Assembly (NCBI GenBank): GCA_951406725.2
Contig: OX597839.1
Coordinates: 37,572,001-37,636,000 of the forward strand
DNA: 64,000 nucleotides
From: Octopus vulgaris
Taxonomy: Eukaryota
Direction of reading: 5' to 3'
Under the pieces are notes generated by a model. It made no database searches. It saw only the letters and a list, made by a program, of their open reading frames with translations, and was not told the origin of the DNA. A program made the translations under genes and the position numbers. Shown one piece after another: positions 39,735 to 52,273 of the stretch (positions are counted from its first letter, which is position 1; the number at the start of each line of letters is the position of its first letter).

Positions 39735-40490
39735 AATAATAATAATAATGAAATTATTGTATACAGTGCTCAGGTGCACCACAACTTGTCAAAAGTGCGT
39801 GTAAAGCATATGCAGTGGAAGCACTCCGTCGGTTACGACGATGAGGGTTCCGGTTGATCCGAATCAACGGAACAGCCTGCTCGTGAAATTAACGTGCAAG
39901 TGGCTGAGCACTCCACAGACACGTGCACCCTTAATGTAGTTCTCGGGGATATTCAGCGTGACACAGAGAGTGACAAGGCCAGCCCCTTGAAATACAGGTA
40001 CAACAGAAACAGGAAGTAAGAGTGAGAGAAAGTTGTGGTGAAAGAGTACAGCAGGGATCACCACCATCCCCTGCCGGAGCCTCGTGGAGCTTTTAAAAGC
40101 ATATGCAGTAATGTACAAATGTCTGGAAAGTGAACAGTATATGAGTCAGATAGATGCTTGCGTGTGTATGGAGGGGAGAAAATCAGGTGTAGTGTTGGCG
40201 AATCTCAGAAAGCATGGAAGTTTTAAAGAAAGCAGTGCTCCGACAACTAACAACTGATACCGGCAGTTTGTTCCATACTTCAGCAACTTATAGCGTGAAA
40301 AAATGTTTCCGAAAGTCATGGGAGCTGTGCTGTTTTCTGACTTTGTAAACATGTCCATGGGTGTTAGACGGGTGGAGTTTGAAGAGGTGCTCAGAGTTAT
40401 TGTTTGTAAGATGGTTAATAATTTTATGGGTGTCTGCCAAGTCAGCTGCCAGACGTCGGAGTTTCAATGTATCCTTCCCCAAGGAAGTAA
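39735..40490 (-). mobile_element. CR1-type LINE 3' fragment (others at ~25100-26090 minus, ~36445-36720 plus)
   Basis: Translation DTLKLRRLAADLADTHKII...NTHGHVYKVRKQHSSHDFRKHFFTL resembles the CR1 ORF2 C-terminus (TRGH..K...RKHFFS.RVV..WN.LP); (ATT)n tail. Confidence 0.8.
39817..40095 (-). mobile_element. 5'-truncated family D SINE with 14-bp TSD inside a CR1 3' end
   Basis: TSD aaagcatatgcagt at 39803-39816 and 40096-40109. Confidence 0.85.
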
Positions 40491-41396
40491 GGCGTTGATG
40501 ATGGTGGTGGAAAGTGTATATTCTTAAAACATTAAATTCAAAGCAATGGTCAGGTCAGTCGTTACATGACAGTAACCCATTTTGTGCTAACAGTTAGATC
40601 AGATCGTCGCCTTATTTTAAAGAATTTACTGAAGCCGTTTCCAGCCACAAAGACTTCGTTTCAAGGGACGTAACTCTTGTTGGATCGTCTGGTTGTAATG
40701 TCAAAAGCGAAGTCATACTGCTTACGATCTTAAAAAAAAAAAAAGACACATTGGGTTATGTAGTCTAGAAACATTATACATGGATAAAGAAAAAGACGAG
40801 AGAGCTATGGATGGAACGGTTTTAATCATAGCTGACAGACTGACCAATAATAATACCAACTGCTATTGATTTTGTGATTCTTACTGACTCCCACCGCCTC
40901 TACTGGAGATACGGACTTCTAGAGTTTCTTACATAAAGAGAGGGAACCTCTGCGTGGTTCTCGATTTGCTAGAACAACAGTCAAATCTCTCTCAATTACA
41001 TCCCCAAAAGTAAAAACATGTTTGGATAAAGTAATGTGTGGAAACTCGTTACTGGGTGAGTGGACAACAGAAATTTTCAGCAGATCTCTTCGTTCAACAA
41101 ACAAATGTTTTGACTCGTTTGTTCTTGACACTCTAAGGGAACCAGGACCACTTTCGGTAGTGACAGGAGCTTTTCAAACTGGCTTTCCTTCCCTCTGTGT
41201 TTAGGGGCTTGCTGTATCCCTTTCAGTTCCGTCTATCATGCCCTTCATCCATAACCACATCAACGACTGTGGTTTCAATTCCTGCGTTGTGTTTTAGAGC
41301 CAGACACTTCATTTCATGTTGCTCCAGTCCACTCAGCAGATAAAAAGGAGCATTGCTGCGACAGACCAGTATCCTGTCCAGGGACACACACACACA

Positions 41397-41620
41397 GAGT
41401 AATCCTTTGACTATCGTGAGTGTTATGTTCCACCCCCACTCACGATAGGTGAAAATCTGTGAAGTAGAAACAGTACTGTACTATATATTTTTTAAAAATT
41501 ATTTTTATAATTTGTATATATTTATTTTATTATAAATGCAAAACAACACCACTGAGGAATTGATGTAAGGTTAAATAATAAACCGCAATAGGTGAACCAC
41601 GATATGATAAGGGATTACTG
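41397..41620. mobile_element. Tigger/pogo-like MITE (related ends at 7274 and 7893)
   Basis: TIR-like gagtaatcctt...aagggattactg followed by TA. Confidence 0.55.
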
Positions 41621-41659
41621 TATATACATACACACACACACACATATATATATATATAT

Positions 41660-41990
41660 CTATCTAATGAAGGATAAAATTTTTTTCGAAAAAAATATAT
41701 TCTTTTTCAAAAAAAATTTTATCAATGGCCAGCATATCAAAAAATACCTTTAAAGGTTAAATCTATAAATAATTCATAATTAAGGGCAAACAAAAAAATT
41801 TTCTTATGCCAGATATGCCGAAAAATTGGACATATTGTCCATTAACCATGTAATTTTTTCACAATATGCACGCTACTCGAAAAAAGGTCGACAGAAATTT
41901 CTAAAACATTCCATTATTACCATATCGGACCGATTTCAGGGTTAGCTTATTACAGCCCTCCCTTCATTGTTTGCCCTTAATTATGAATTA
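41660..41990 (-). mobile_element. Penelope-like remnant with an inverted junction and 5'-truncated hammerhead (41928-41967)
   Basis: aattcataattaagggcaaaca (~41771-41792) recurs inverted at ~41968-41989; minus strand AUGA-AGGG...CCCU-GAAA-UCG-GUC; flanked by (TA)n. Confidence 0.45.
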
Positions 41991-42120
41991 TATATATATA
42001 TATGTAGGTGTGAGAACCTGGGTCTGGTCAGTTTGAACATAAAGCAAATGGAAAATTTTGGCCAGATATGGCCGGTTTAAATGCTAAAGGATTAATGCTT
42101 AAAGGAAAGGAATGAGTTTT

Positions 42121-42148
42121 GACGTTTCGGACAATAGTCCTTCATCAG
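42121..42148 (-). ncRNA. Minimal hammerhead core (Penelope-type), stem I missing
   Basis: Minus strand CUGAUGA-A-GGAC-UAUU-GUCC-GAAA-CGUC. Confidence 0.5.
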
Positions 42149-42367
42149 ATAATGCCTGATTAATTCAAAACAAGGTGAATCACTAAGTATTACATTTGAC
42201 AGAATTACCTAAATGGTGAAACGAATACAACATTCGTTAAAACTTGTCCCTTCTGTGTTATCATTTTTCTTTTTTGTGTTCATCATCTATTAACAGTAAT
42301 AAACTGTGTTTTTTTAATAAATTTTGTGAAACTAGTCTTTTACGAAGGTGACGTTCCTCTGTTTCAG

Positions 42368-43135
42368 TTCCTGCTGTCTTCAGACCATCTATGAGAAATG
42401 ATGAAGAACTACCACCTCCACCCGTCGTGCACTCTATGACCACTCGCTACACAGAAGACAACTTCCCCCCACCGCCACTCTTTCCTCCCCCTCCTCCGAC
42501 CACCTCCGACCTCACCCACACCACTTACTACTCTAACCGCAACGATGCCTACAACCTTCCCCCTCCCCCTCCGCCAATCGAGCATGCAACCTCTGGCACA
42601 GCCATGGCCACCCCCACTGTGTACAATCCATCCCTGCCCCCACCCTCTAGCTATCCATCAGGACAGCCACCCTACAGCAGTGTAAGCAGCAGCTACAACT
42701 CGCGGTCGGTTTCCGTGACGGCGCCGTCTTCGGCTGCGTCTTCCACCCCATCGCACTACTTGAACCAGCCGAACTACATGAACCATAGTGATCTTCCCCC
42801 TCCACCCCCGGGTCCCTCCCAGGCCGTGCCGAGCTACTCCAATGTCCACAGCAGTGCTAGTGCTGTGGTTGGCGGTGGGATTGGTGTCGGTACTCCGCAG
42901 CAGTCGGTCAGCTACAAAGCACCCGTTCAAGCGTTGCCACAGCAGCACAAATACCCGGGGTATTCGGATCCCGTCAACCCTAGCCCTCTCGCTGCTTCCA
43001 GTCCAGCAGGCAGCTACACCACGAACTCCCTACCTCGGTCCGATGGTAGGAAGGTGGGCAAAGAAGCAGAAGTAGATGCCTTGACTAGTTTGTTGATGCA
43101 AAACATTGAGTCTGCTGGGGATCCTGACTTCTTTG
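42368..43135 (+). CDS. LPP: Proline-rich exon of zyxin/LPP-family protein with EVH1-type FPPPP/LPPPP motifs and pre-LIM helix KEAEVDALTSLLMQNIESAGDPDFFG
   Basis: Acceptor gttcctctgtttcAG (42366-67) and donor G|GTAAGT (43136), both phase 1; open frame; end resembles the LPP pre-LIM segment (EDELEHLTKKML...DEYFG). Confidence 0.93.
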
Positions 43136-43152
43136 GTAAGTAACAAACTTTC

Positions 43153-43570
43153 GGCGATCTTTCGTCTCTAGTAGACCTTTCCGTCGATTTCCATAAAAAA
43201 ATTTTTTTTTTTCACATATGGGCTTGCGGGAACTTTTGAAGTAATATACATACATATACACATACACCGAGTAAAAAATTTCAGTTATCTCTTTCTTTCA
43301 CACATTACTCTGTCTCTTCACACACATTAACAGAAGCACTTCACTTACACAACATACTGTCTGTCTCCCACACCCCATCAAACACACACACACATGTCCA
43401 TCAATGCTCCCCTGGACGGTAACTTCAAAAGAACTTCCCTCGTCATACAATCGCTTTCTCTTAGTCTCTTTCGCTTTCATTACTTCAAAAGTTCCCGCAA
43501 GCCCATATGTAAAAAAAAAAATTTTTTTACGGAAATCGACGGAAAGGTCTACTAGAGACGAAAGATTGCC
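43153..43570. mobile_element. 418-bp MITE with ~93-bp TIRs and 8-bp TSD (Merlin-like, tentative)
   Basis: Arms 43153-43245 and 43479-43570 are near-perfect reverse complements starting GGC; TSD aaactttc at 43145-43152 and 43571-43578. Confidence 0.85.
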
Positions 43571-43731
43571 AAACTTTCTATGCGATCTACTGGCATTACC
43601 AAATATTCTTGTCTTCTTTTACTGGTTAAACTCAATGTTCTGTGGCCATGCTAGAGCACCACACACAGTCTAGTGGGTGGGGGGCTGAAAGTGAAAGATC
43701 AAAAGTATATTCAGTGTTGATATTTTGCAGA

Positions 43732-44125
43732 GGCGCAGGAGTGGCTGTGTGATAAGTAGCTTGCTAACCAACCACATGGTTCCGGGTTCAGTCCCACTGC
43801 ATGGCATCTTGGGCAGGTGTCTTCTGCTATAGCCCCGGGCCGACCAATGCCTTGTGAGTGGATTTGGTTGACGGAAACTGAAAGAAGCCCATCGTATATA
43901 TGTATATATATATATGTATGTGTGTATTTGTGTGTGTCCCCGTAGTATTGCTTGACAACCGAAGCTGGTGTGTTTACGTCCTCGTCACTTAGCGGTTCGG
44001 CAAAAGAGACCGATAGAATAAGTACTGGGGTTACAAAAGAATAAGTCCCGGGGTCGATTTGCTCGACTAAAGGCGGTACTCCAGCATGGCCGCAGTCAAA
44101 TGACTGAAACAAGTAAAAGTAAGTA
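43732..44125 (+). mobile_element. SINE family A, full length
   Basis: ggcgcaggagtggctgtgtg...gactgaaacaagtaaaag. Confidence 0.85.
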
Positions 44126-44519
44126 AGTACATGAACACCATGTGAGGACACCATCAGGACAAATGTCAATCTACCTGTCTATCAGTCTATATATATATGT
44201 ATGTATGAGGCACGTGCCGTCAGTAATTACTCAGGGTAGGCAGTTGGTGATCTTTATGTAGTAAAACACACAAAAAAAATTTAGTGAAATACACGTGCGA
44301 CTGAGTTGAAGGCAGATTTACTTCTGCCTTTATAGCATGTAACGAAAACAGTGTTGTAGGAGTGCACGCAGCATGTGTACTACGGCAGTATTATGTGTAG
44401 CTTAGATACTGAGATTGAATAGCAGGGGCGAATTATGTCTACCTAATGTACAAAAAAATAAAATATTTTGTATTTTATGCATAGTAATCAGAGTAGCCTT
44501 CAGAATTTTATTGAATTAG

Positions 44520-44881
44520 GTGCATATTTTGCCATAAAAGGAAAATGTTGCTTTCGATCTATTTTGATCGGTTCTTTCAGTTATGGCACCCTCTCCATCC
44601 ACAGCACAAATGTCATGAGCAGCTTTTGCAGCCTTAGAACCTTGATTAAAAGCAAAAAGAAGGAGGTGTTGAAAACAGTCATTTTTCTTAACTTGACATT
44701 CCATTTTAATGATCTGAAAATAAACTAAAATTAAATAAAATTAACTAGAAAAAAAAAGACAAAATACATTCCAAAATGATTTAAAAAATAAAATTCTCAA
44801 AAAAATAGATTACAAAATTTAAAAACACGATAAATTCCAAAATTTAAAAAAACGAGCAGGAACTTAGTTGCCAACCCAATA
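44520..44881 (-). mobile_element. Mariner 5' end with transposase HTH fragment
   Basis: TIR tattgggttggcaactaagttcc; MECQVKKNDCFQHLLLFAFNQGSKAAKAAHDICAVDGEGAITERT resembles the Mos1/Hsmar-type N-terminal HTH. Confidence 0.8.
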
Positions 44882-45701
44882 TATATATGTTACACATACA
44901 TGTTCATACACTGGGGGGAAGTGTGGATATATAGATGTGCTTATGTGGTAAGAAGTTTGCTTTCCAACCACATGGTTTCAGGTTTGATCCCACAGTGTAA
45001 CACCTTGGGCAAGTATCTTATACTATAATCTCAGGCTAACCAAAGCCTTGTGAATGGATTTGGTAGATGGAAACTGAAACATGTACATATCTCTTCTGCC
45101 AAACCATTAAGTTATGGGGATATAAACAAACCAGCACCGGGTGTCAAACTGGTGGAAGTCAAATACAACACAAATACAAAACACACACACAATATGCGAC
45201 AGGCTTTGACACAGTTTTGTGTACCAAATTCACTCACAAGGCATTGGTTGTCCCAAGGCTATAGGAGAAGACATTTGCTTAGGGTGCTGCACCAGTGGGG
45301 CTGAACCCAGGACCATTTGGCTGGAAAGTAAGCTTCCTAACCACACAGCCACATCTGTACCTTACTAACATACTTGAAAAACTCAATCAAACTTTAGTGG
45401 GGTCTTTGTCCTCATACTGAACCTATCTCAAATAGTGAACAACCAAAGAAGAATTATATGTATATATCATCATCATCGTTTAATGTCCGCTTTCCATGCT
45501 AGCATGGGTTGGATGGTTCAACTGGTGTCTGGAAAGCCCAAAGGCTGCACCAGGCCCAGTCTGATCTGGCAGTGTTTCTACAGCTGGATGCCCTTCCTAA
45601 ACGCCAACCACTCTGTGAGTGTAGTGGATGCTTTTTACGTGCCACCGGCACAGGGGCCAGGCAAGGCTAGCAACGGCCACGATCGGATGGTGTTTGTTAA
45701 G

Positions 45702-45754
<53 letters not shown>

Positions 45755-46114
45755 CCAACTTATTCAGCTGTTAAAATTCTGGCTTGAATTTCTTGTTATT
45801 CAGTTTTCTTACTTCTTAATTTCCATTCCCAGTTCAAATCCCACGAAGCAGGATGGTATTTATGAGCTTTCGAAAAAAAAATTCAATAAGCTAAGTACCA
45901 GTAATACACTGGAGAAAAACAGTCTATTTGAGTTTCCTTTCTCGCTTAATTCCTTTCCAAAATCGGTTCTTGTGGTTAATCTAAACAGAAATGAAAATAT
46001 TTTTCTGGCATTAAACGAAAAGTTATCTCCCTTGTGTTGTCCGTGTCCGTCTGTCTCATCGTACCCGTCTTTCTCTCTGTATGTCCATATTTCCCTTTCT
46101 CTCTTTGTCTTTGA

Positions 46115-46466
46115 GGGGTTAGGGCAGCGGACTCGCGGTTTCGATTCCCAGACCGGGCCTTGTGAGTGTTTATTGAGCGAAAACACCTAAAGCTCCACGA
46201 GGCTCCGGCAGGGGATGGTGGTGACCCCTGCTGTACTCTTTCACCACAACTTTCTCTCACTCTTACTTCCTGTTTCTGTTGTACCTGTATTTCCAAAGGG
46301 CCGGCCTTGTCACTCTCTGTGTCACGCTGAATATCCCCGAGAACTACGTTACGGGTACACGTGTCTGTGGAGTGCTCAGCCACTTACACGTTAATTTCAC
46401 GAGCAGGCTGTTCCGTTGATTCGGATCAACCGGAACCCTCGTCGTCGTAACCGACGGAGTGCTTCC
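46115..46466 (+). mobile_element. SINE family D (tRNA-like head). Relatives near 7105-7272(-), 24035-24340(+), 29610-29880(+), 48113-48405(-), 54160-54460(-)
   Basis: ggttagggcagcggactcgcggtttcgattccc head; tail ccctcgtcgtcgtaaccgacggagtgc. Confidence 0.75.
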
Positions 46467-46731
46467 ATATATGTGAAGTTTAAGCTTAAAAAACTTTTTA
46501 AAAAATTTCTTTTTTGAAGCAATTTTTGAGATTTAAAAAAACAAAAACACAAAACGAATTTTCTAAAAAAAACTTTTCACCTTTTTTTCGTCCTGCTCTT
46601 AATTGCTTTAATTCCCCTAATTTCGTTCTTCCCCTTTACCTCCCTAACCACTCCTATTAACAGCATTCCCCTGCTCTCTTTCTTTACTGTTTCTTTTATG
46701 CCTTTTTTCTTCTTTCCTCCCTCCCTTCCTT

Positions 46732-46771
<40 letters not shown>

Positions 46772-47154
46772 AATGACTGCTTATGTCCCCTTAGTGTGTC
46801 CTTTCTCTTTCTTCTTCCTCCTCCTTTTTTCTCATTTCGACAAGACAGAGGAGTCGGAGGAGGCAAAGTTGTACATAGGTGTATATATATATATGTGTCT
46901 CTATATGTGTATTATAGACAAATAGAAAGATAGATAGACCGTACAAGCTTATCAAAGCTGCACCAGTGTGAGAGACGAGTGTTGTTGGAGGTCGTGTTTA
47001 TTCTAGGTTCAAACAGAACAAGAGGTAAAGGTAAAAATTCGTGGGTGCAGCAGTAGCAACAGTTCTTTACCTGTATATTGTTGTTCTTTTATATTCATTT
47101 CTATCTCTTTATCCATTTTCTTTTTTTTTTTTTTATTGTCTTGTCTCTATTTAG

Positions 47155-47256
47155 GAATGTGTTCCAAATGTGGCCATCGTGTGGTGGGTCCGAGCAATGG
47201 CTGTACAGCAATGGATCAAGTTTTTCATATTGACTGCTTTATCTGTGACAGCTGTG
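47155..47256 (+). CDS. LPP: LIM1 exon: GMCSKCGHRVVGPSNGCTAMDQVFHIDCFICDSC
   Basis: Long poly-T tract plus ttAG (47153-54); donor G|GTAAGT (47257); C-x2-C...H-x2-C-x2-C-x2-C LIM pattern; GCTAMDQVFH matches vertebrate LPP LIM1 as I recall it. Confidence 0.95.
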
Positions 47257-47299
47257 GTAAGTTCACTCACATTACTTCACCTTTGCACACTCTGCCATT

Positions 47300-47623
47300 G
47301 GCTTTCTCTCTCTCTCTCTCTCTTTCTTTCTTTTCGTTCTTTCTTTCTTTCTTTCTTTTCTTTCTTTCTTTCTTTTCTTTCTTTTTTTCTTTTTTTCTTT
47401 TTCTTTCTTTCTTTCTTTCTTTTTCTTTCTTTTTTCTTTTCTTTCTTCCTTTCTTTTTCTTTCTTTTTTCTTTTTCTTTCTTTCTTCTTTCTTTTTTCTT
47501 TCTTTCTTTCTTTCTTTCCTTCTTTCTTTTTTCTTTCTTTTCTTTCTTTCCTTCTTTCTTCTTTCTTTCTCTCTATCTTTCTTTCTATCTCTTTCTTTCT
47601 CTCTTCTTTTCTTTCTCTCTTTC

Positions 47624-47658
<35 letters not shown>

Positions 47659-47660
47659 AC
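47300..47660. repeat. (TTTC)n/(CT)n polypyrimidine tract just after the LIM1 exon
   Basis: Direct inspection. Confidence 0.95.
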
Positions 47661-48895
47661 CACTTCTCTTTCCTTCTTGTATTTCTCTCTTACATTCTAC
47701 ACCACCTTCACCACCTTTGTTGCTGCTGTTTGTTCTTTGCAAGGAAGTTACATGTTTGTGCATGTATATATGTATGTGTGTGTGTGTGTGTGTATATATA
47801 CATATATATTCATGCATATATATGGATGTGTGTGTGTGTGTACACTTTACAGTTCAACACATTTTCAAATACAAACATAACATCTTTATACACACATATA
47901 CGTGTGAGTGTATATATACATATCTATATTAACTGGAAAAAGTAACAGAAAAAGTGAAGTAATATTGCTGTCTGTAAGGTGGCAAAATGGCAGAATGATT
48001 AGCATGCTGGGAAAAATGCTCAGCAGTGTTTTGTTTGTCTTTATGTCTTGAGCTCAAATTCCACTGAGGTCAACTTTGCCTTTCATCCTTTAACAAAATG
48101 AGAAACGTCGCCCTTTTCAAGCCTAGCCAGGCTCATGGGCCTGGTTTCCCAGTTTCTGTGGCATATGCGTTCCCCACAGCTGGACGGGACGCCAGTCCAT
48201 CGCAGCGTTACTCAAGAAACAGGAAGACAGAGTGAGAGAAAGTTGGGGCGAAAGAGTACAATAGGGGTCACCACCACCCCCTGCTGGAGCCTCGTGGAGC
48301 TTTTAGGTGTTTTCGTTCAATAAACACACACAACTCCCAGTCTGGGAATCGAAACTGCGATCCTCCAACCGCAAATCTGCTGCCCTAACCACTGGTCCAT
48401 TGCATCTCCACTTTCATCCTTTTAAGATCAATAAATTAAGTACAAAATTTGAACTGCTTCTATCTGCAGGGGTTGACATGATGGACTGGGGATAGGCAGT
48501 GGAGAGAAGAAAAAAAAAGTTTGCCATCTTTTGCGTTTGAGTGATTGGCTGCAACTGATGGGGAACACAAAACAATGTCAGACTACATAGGAAGATGGGA
48601 AATGGAGAAAGAAGCTATGAATGAGAAGGAGAAGGAGCAGTAATATGGGGACATGCCCTGTAACTGTGCGTTGCTGCATCCATCATTTGTTGTTGATTCC
48701 CTACTCCTGGGAAATGACCCCTTTGCACCACTCCTCCAACCCATTCTCCACTCAATGACACACCACAAAGAATAGGTAAGTCGAAACATTTGCAGCTGCA
48801 AGGGATGCCAAATATTAGTTAAATATAATTGTACATATCTGCCTTAGGATCACTCCCTCAGAATTTTCCCTTAATCCTTTTATAAACACTCAATA

Positions 48896-49290
48896 GGCGT
48901 ATGAGTGGCTGTGTGGTAAGTAGCTTGCTTATGAACCACATGGTTCCAGGTTCAGTCCCACTGCATGGCACCTTGGGCAAGTGTCTTCTACTATAGCCTC
49001 AGGCCAACCAAAGCCTTGTGAGTGGATTTGGTAGACGGAAACTGAAAGAAGCCCGTCTTATATATGTGTATATATATATGTGTGTTTGTGTGTCTGTGTT
49101 TTTCCCCCCAACATCGCTTGACAACCAATGCTAGTGTGTTTATGTTCCCGTAACTTAGCGGTTCGGCAAAAGAGACCGATAGAATAAGTACTAGGCTTAC
49201 AAAGAATAAATCCTGGGGTCGATTTGCTCAACTAAAGGTGGTGCTCCAGCATGGCCACAGTCAAATGACTGAAACAAGTAGAAGAGTAAA
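48896..49290 (+). mobile_element. SINE family A, full length (another at 54478-54880, minus)
   Basis: Family A match end to end. Confidence 0.85.
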
Positions 49291-50917
49291 GAGAGATTTC
49301 CCCAGAAGACAGCAGGGGTTTATTAAATTATTGAGCATGGTTTGTGCAGAGCCAGTGCTATGTTCCTTTTCTTTAAACTTCTATTGGTCTTGTGCAAATG
49401 TCACAATCCCAGGAGTTATCAGAATTTGTATTGGACGAGCAGCTTAAGAGCTGAAGGGCTTCATTTGGCATGAGTCCATTGGGGTGTCCATGACTGGCAT
49501 TCTTCTAAAGGCAATTCTATGACATGCTAATTACTGCATAGCTATAGGCGAAATACTACAAAGCATTTTGCCTGGCGCACTAACATTTCTGCCAGCTCGC
49601 TGCCTTATGTATATATTTATTTATATATATATATATATATATACATACATACATCAACATCAATGAAAATTGCAGCTGTGATACCAGTGCCGGTGGCATG
49701 TAAGAGAACCATCCGAACGTGGCCGCTGCCAGCGTCACCCCGACTGGCCTCGTGCCGGTGGCATGTAAAAAGCACCATCCGATCATGGCCGTTTGCCAGC
49801 CTCGTCTGGCACCTGTGCAGGTGACACGTAAAAAGCACCCACTACACTCACGGAGTGGTTGGCGTTAGGAAGGGCATCCAGCCGTAGAAACATTGCCAGA
49901 TCAGACTGGGCCTGATGCAGCCTTCTGGCTTCCCAGACCCCAGTTGAACCGTCCAACCCATGCTAGCATGGGAAGCCGACGCTAAACTATGATGATGATG
50001 ATGATGATACACACACACACACACATACATACACACATATATGCATGCACACACACACACGCGTATATCATACTCTATAAACATATTACATTTATTACAT
50101 AATATGAATACACATACTCAGATGCAAACACTCATTCTACGACCATGCTGGAGCACCATCAATTAACCTGTAGCCTGCCTTTACACACATGGCCACCATC
50201 ACCACCACCACCACCACCACCATCACATCCACGGACTCCCCACCCCTACATTCAAGTCCTCCCCCCCACTATTATTGTGAAGTGCGTACTCTTGAGATCA
50301 TCCAATAGTGAAGCTTACTCATCTTGGTTTTAGTGGTTGAAGAGATGCTGGTAAATTCCCATGACATTTTTTCACCCTTGACCCCTGATGTCTGACCTCT
50401 GCTGGTCACTTTAGCTTTTTCTTTAGACAGAACCTTGATGATGACGATGATGATGTTGATGTTGATGATGTCATTTATGTTTTCTTACTGTTTTATCATT
50501 TGTCATAATCGCTGTTGCGTGTGTGTATGTGTGTGTGCGTGTGTATGTGTGTGTGCGTTTGTGTGTATATTCAAATGCATGTGTATGCGTGTGTGTGTGT
50601 CTTTCTGTGTGTCACTACAGGAAAGGTGATTTCTATAATGACTGTTTGCATGATATAATACGGGCGCACTCACATGCATACACACACACACACACGTAAA
50701 CCCACACACACACACACGTAAACCCACACACATACCTATGAGACTGATTTTTTTTTTAAGTGTGTGTGTGTGTACCTTGTGAGTCATGAACTGTTCAGTA
50801 ATAAATGTATATCTTCTGCAGCTTATTAAAAGTTTTTAAAACTTTTCTTTGAACATACATTATGGCGTGTATATATATATCTATATATATATATGTGTGT
50901 GTACATACATTTACTCA

Positions 50918-50957
<40 letters not shown>

Positions 50958-51550
50958 CTAATAAAAAGGGTTCAGCAAAGAATTGCTTCACCACACACCG
51001 AAGCTCAGAAATAGCAGCCAAAAATCTTAGCTATTTCTTCTACTTTAAAAAGGGTCTTCCAGAGAAACCAAAATACTTGAAGGTTATTCACACAGGCAGA
51101 GAGTAAAGCAACGAAAATTAATCAAATCTACCCATGTATGTATGTGTATGTATATATATATACACGCACACACACACACACGTGTGTATAAAGTTATGCA
51201 TGAAGGGAAAGACTACTAAGTGGTCTTCCTACATGCTGTGAAGAGGATTTGGGGATTTGACATCTCTTTTCAGCAAGTAGGAAGACCACTTGGTGGTCCT
51301 TCTCTTTGTGTATAATTTTATACACACGTATATATTATAAAAATATTTATGGTCTACAGAAATTTTTTACACATGCTGGCCACCTGTATAAATTATTATT
51401 TTTAATAATTTTTAACCTTTATATTTATATATATATATATATGTATATGTATGTATATATGTATATGTATGTAAAGGAGTGGCTAGGTGGTAAGTAGCTT
51501 GCTTACCAACCACATGGTTCCAGTTTCAGTCCCACTACGTGGCACCTTGG

Positions 51551-51780
51551 AAGGCCATCCGCAGTACCACCGATGCAGCAGAGAGAGCCTCAAGATGGCT
51601 GTGGATCAAAAGAGGAGAGCCCTGGGAGTAGCTAACTGGTCAGCTGGACACAAACTGCAGTCTGATCAACCCCAGCTGGATCACCTGGAGGAGGGTGTAT
51701 GAGGTTGAAAGACCCAACACATGATGATTCCAGGCACATCACTAAAGATGTGTCCAGATGCTTCAGTCATTGATGTATGT
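51551..51780 (+). mobile_element. 3' end of HERO-like RLE non-LTR retrotransposon
   Basis: KAIRSTTDAAERASRWLWIKRGEPWE* (51551-51631) followed by a UTR resembling HERO 3' UTRs (gggtgt..ga.gttgaaagaccc...catcact..gatgtgtcc). Confidence 0.7.
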
Positions 51781-52273
51781 ACACAACAGAGTGTCCATAA
51801 ATTGCAGACATCACTAAATATATCTCCAATGGTTGTTATATTATTTTGATAACATAATAGGTTAGATAAGATGATGTCTATATTACAATATTACAATAAC
51901 CAATGACCGGTGGCACGTAAAAAGCACCATCCGAACCGTGGCCGATGCCAGTGCCGCCTCCACTGGTTTCCGTGCCGGTGGCAGGTAAAATGCACCAATC
52001 CGACCGTGGCCGTTGCCAGCCTCGCCTGGCACCTGTGCAGGTGGCACGTAAAAAGCACCCACTACACTCACGGAGTGGTTGGCGTTAGGAAGGGCATCCA
52101 GCTCTAGAAACACTGCCAGATCAAACTGGAGCCTGGCGCAGCCTTCTGGCTTCCCAGATCCCCGGTCGAACCATCCAACCCATGGAGAACGGACGTTAAA
52201 CGATGATGAAGATGATGATGATGATGTTGTGCATGGATAGTAATATTACCATCATGAAATTAGCATTAGCTTG

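Noticed and set aside
45435-46190. 251-aa ORF
   Set aside because: Chance frame across a family B element, (TA)n and other repeats.
47257-47945. Hydrophobic F/S/L extension after the LIM1 exon
   Set aside because: Read-through past the GTAAGT donor into a (TTTC)n intron tract.
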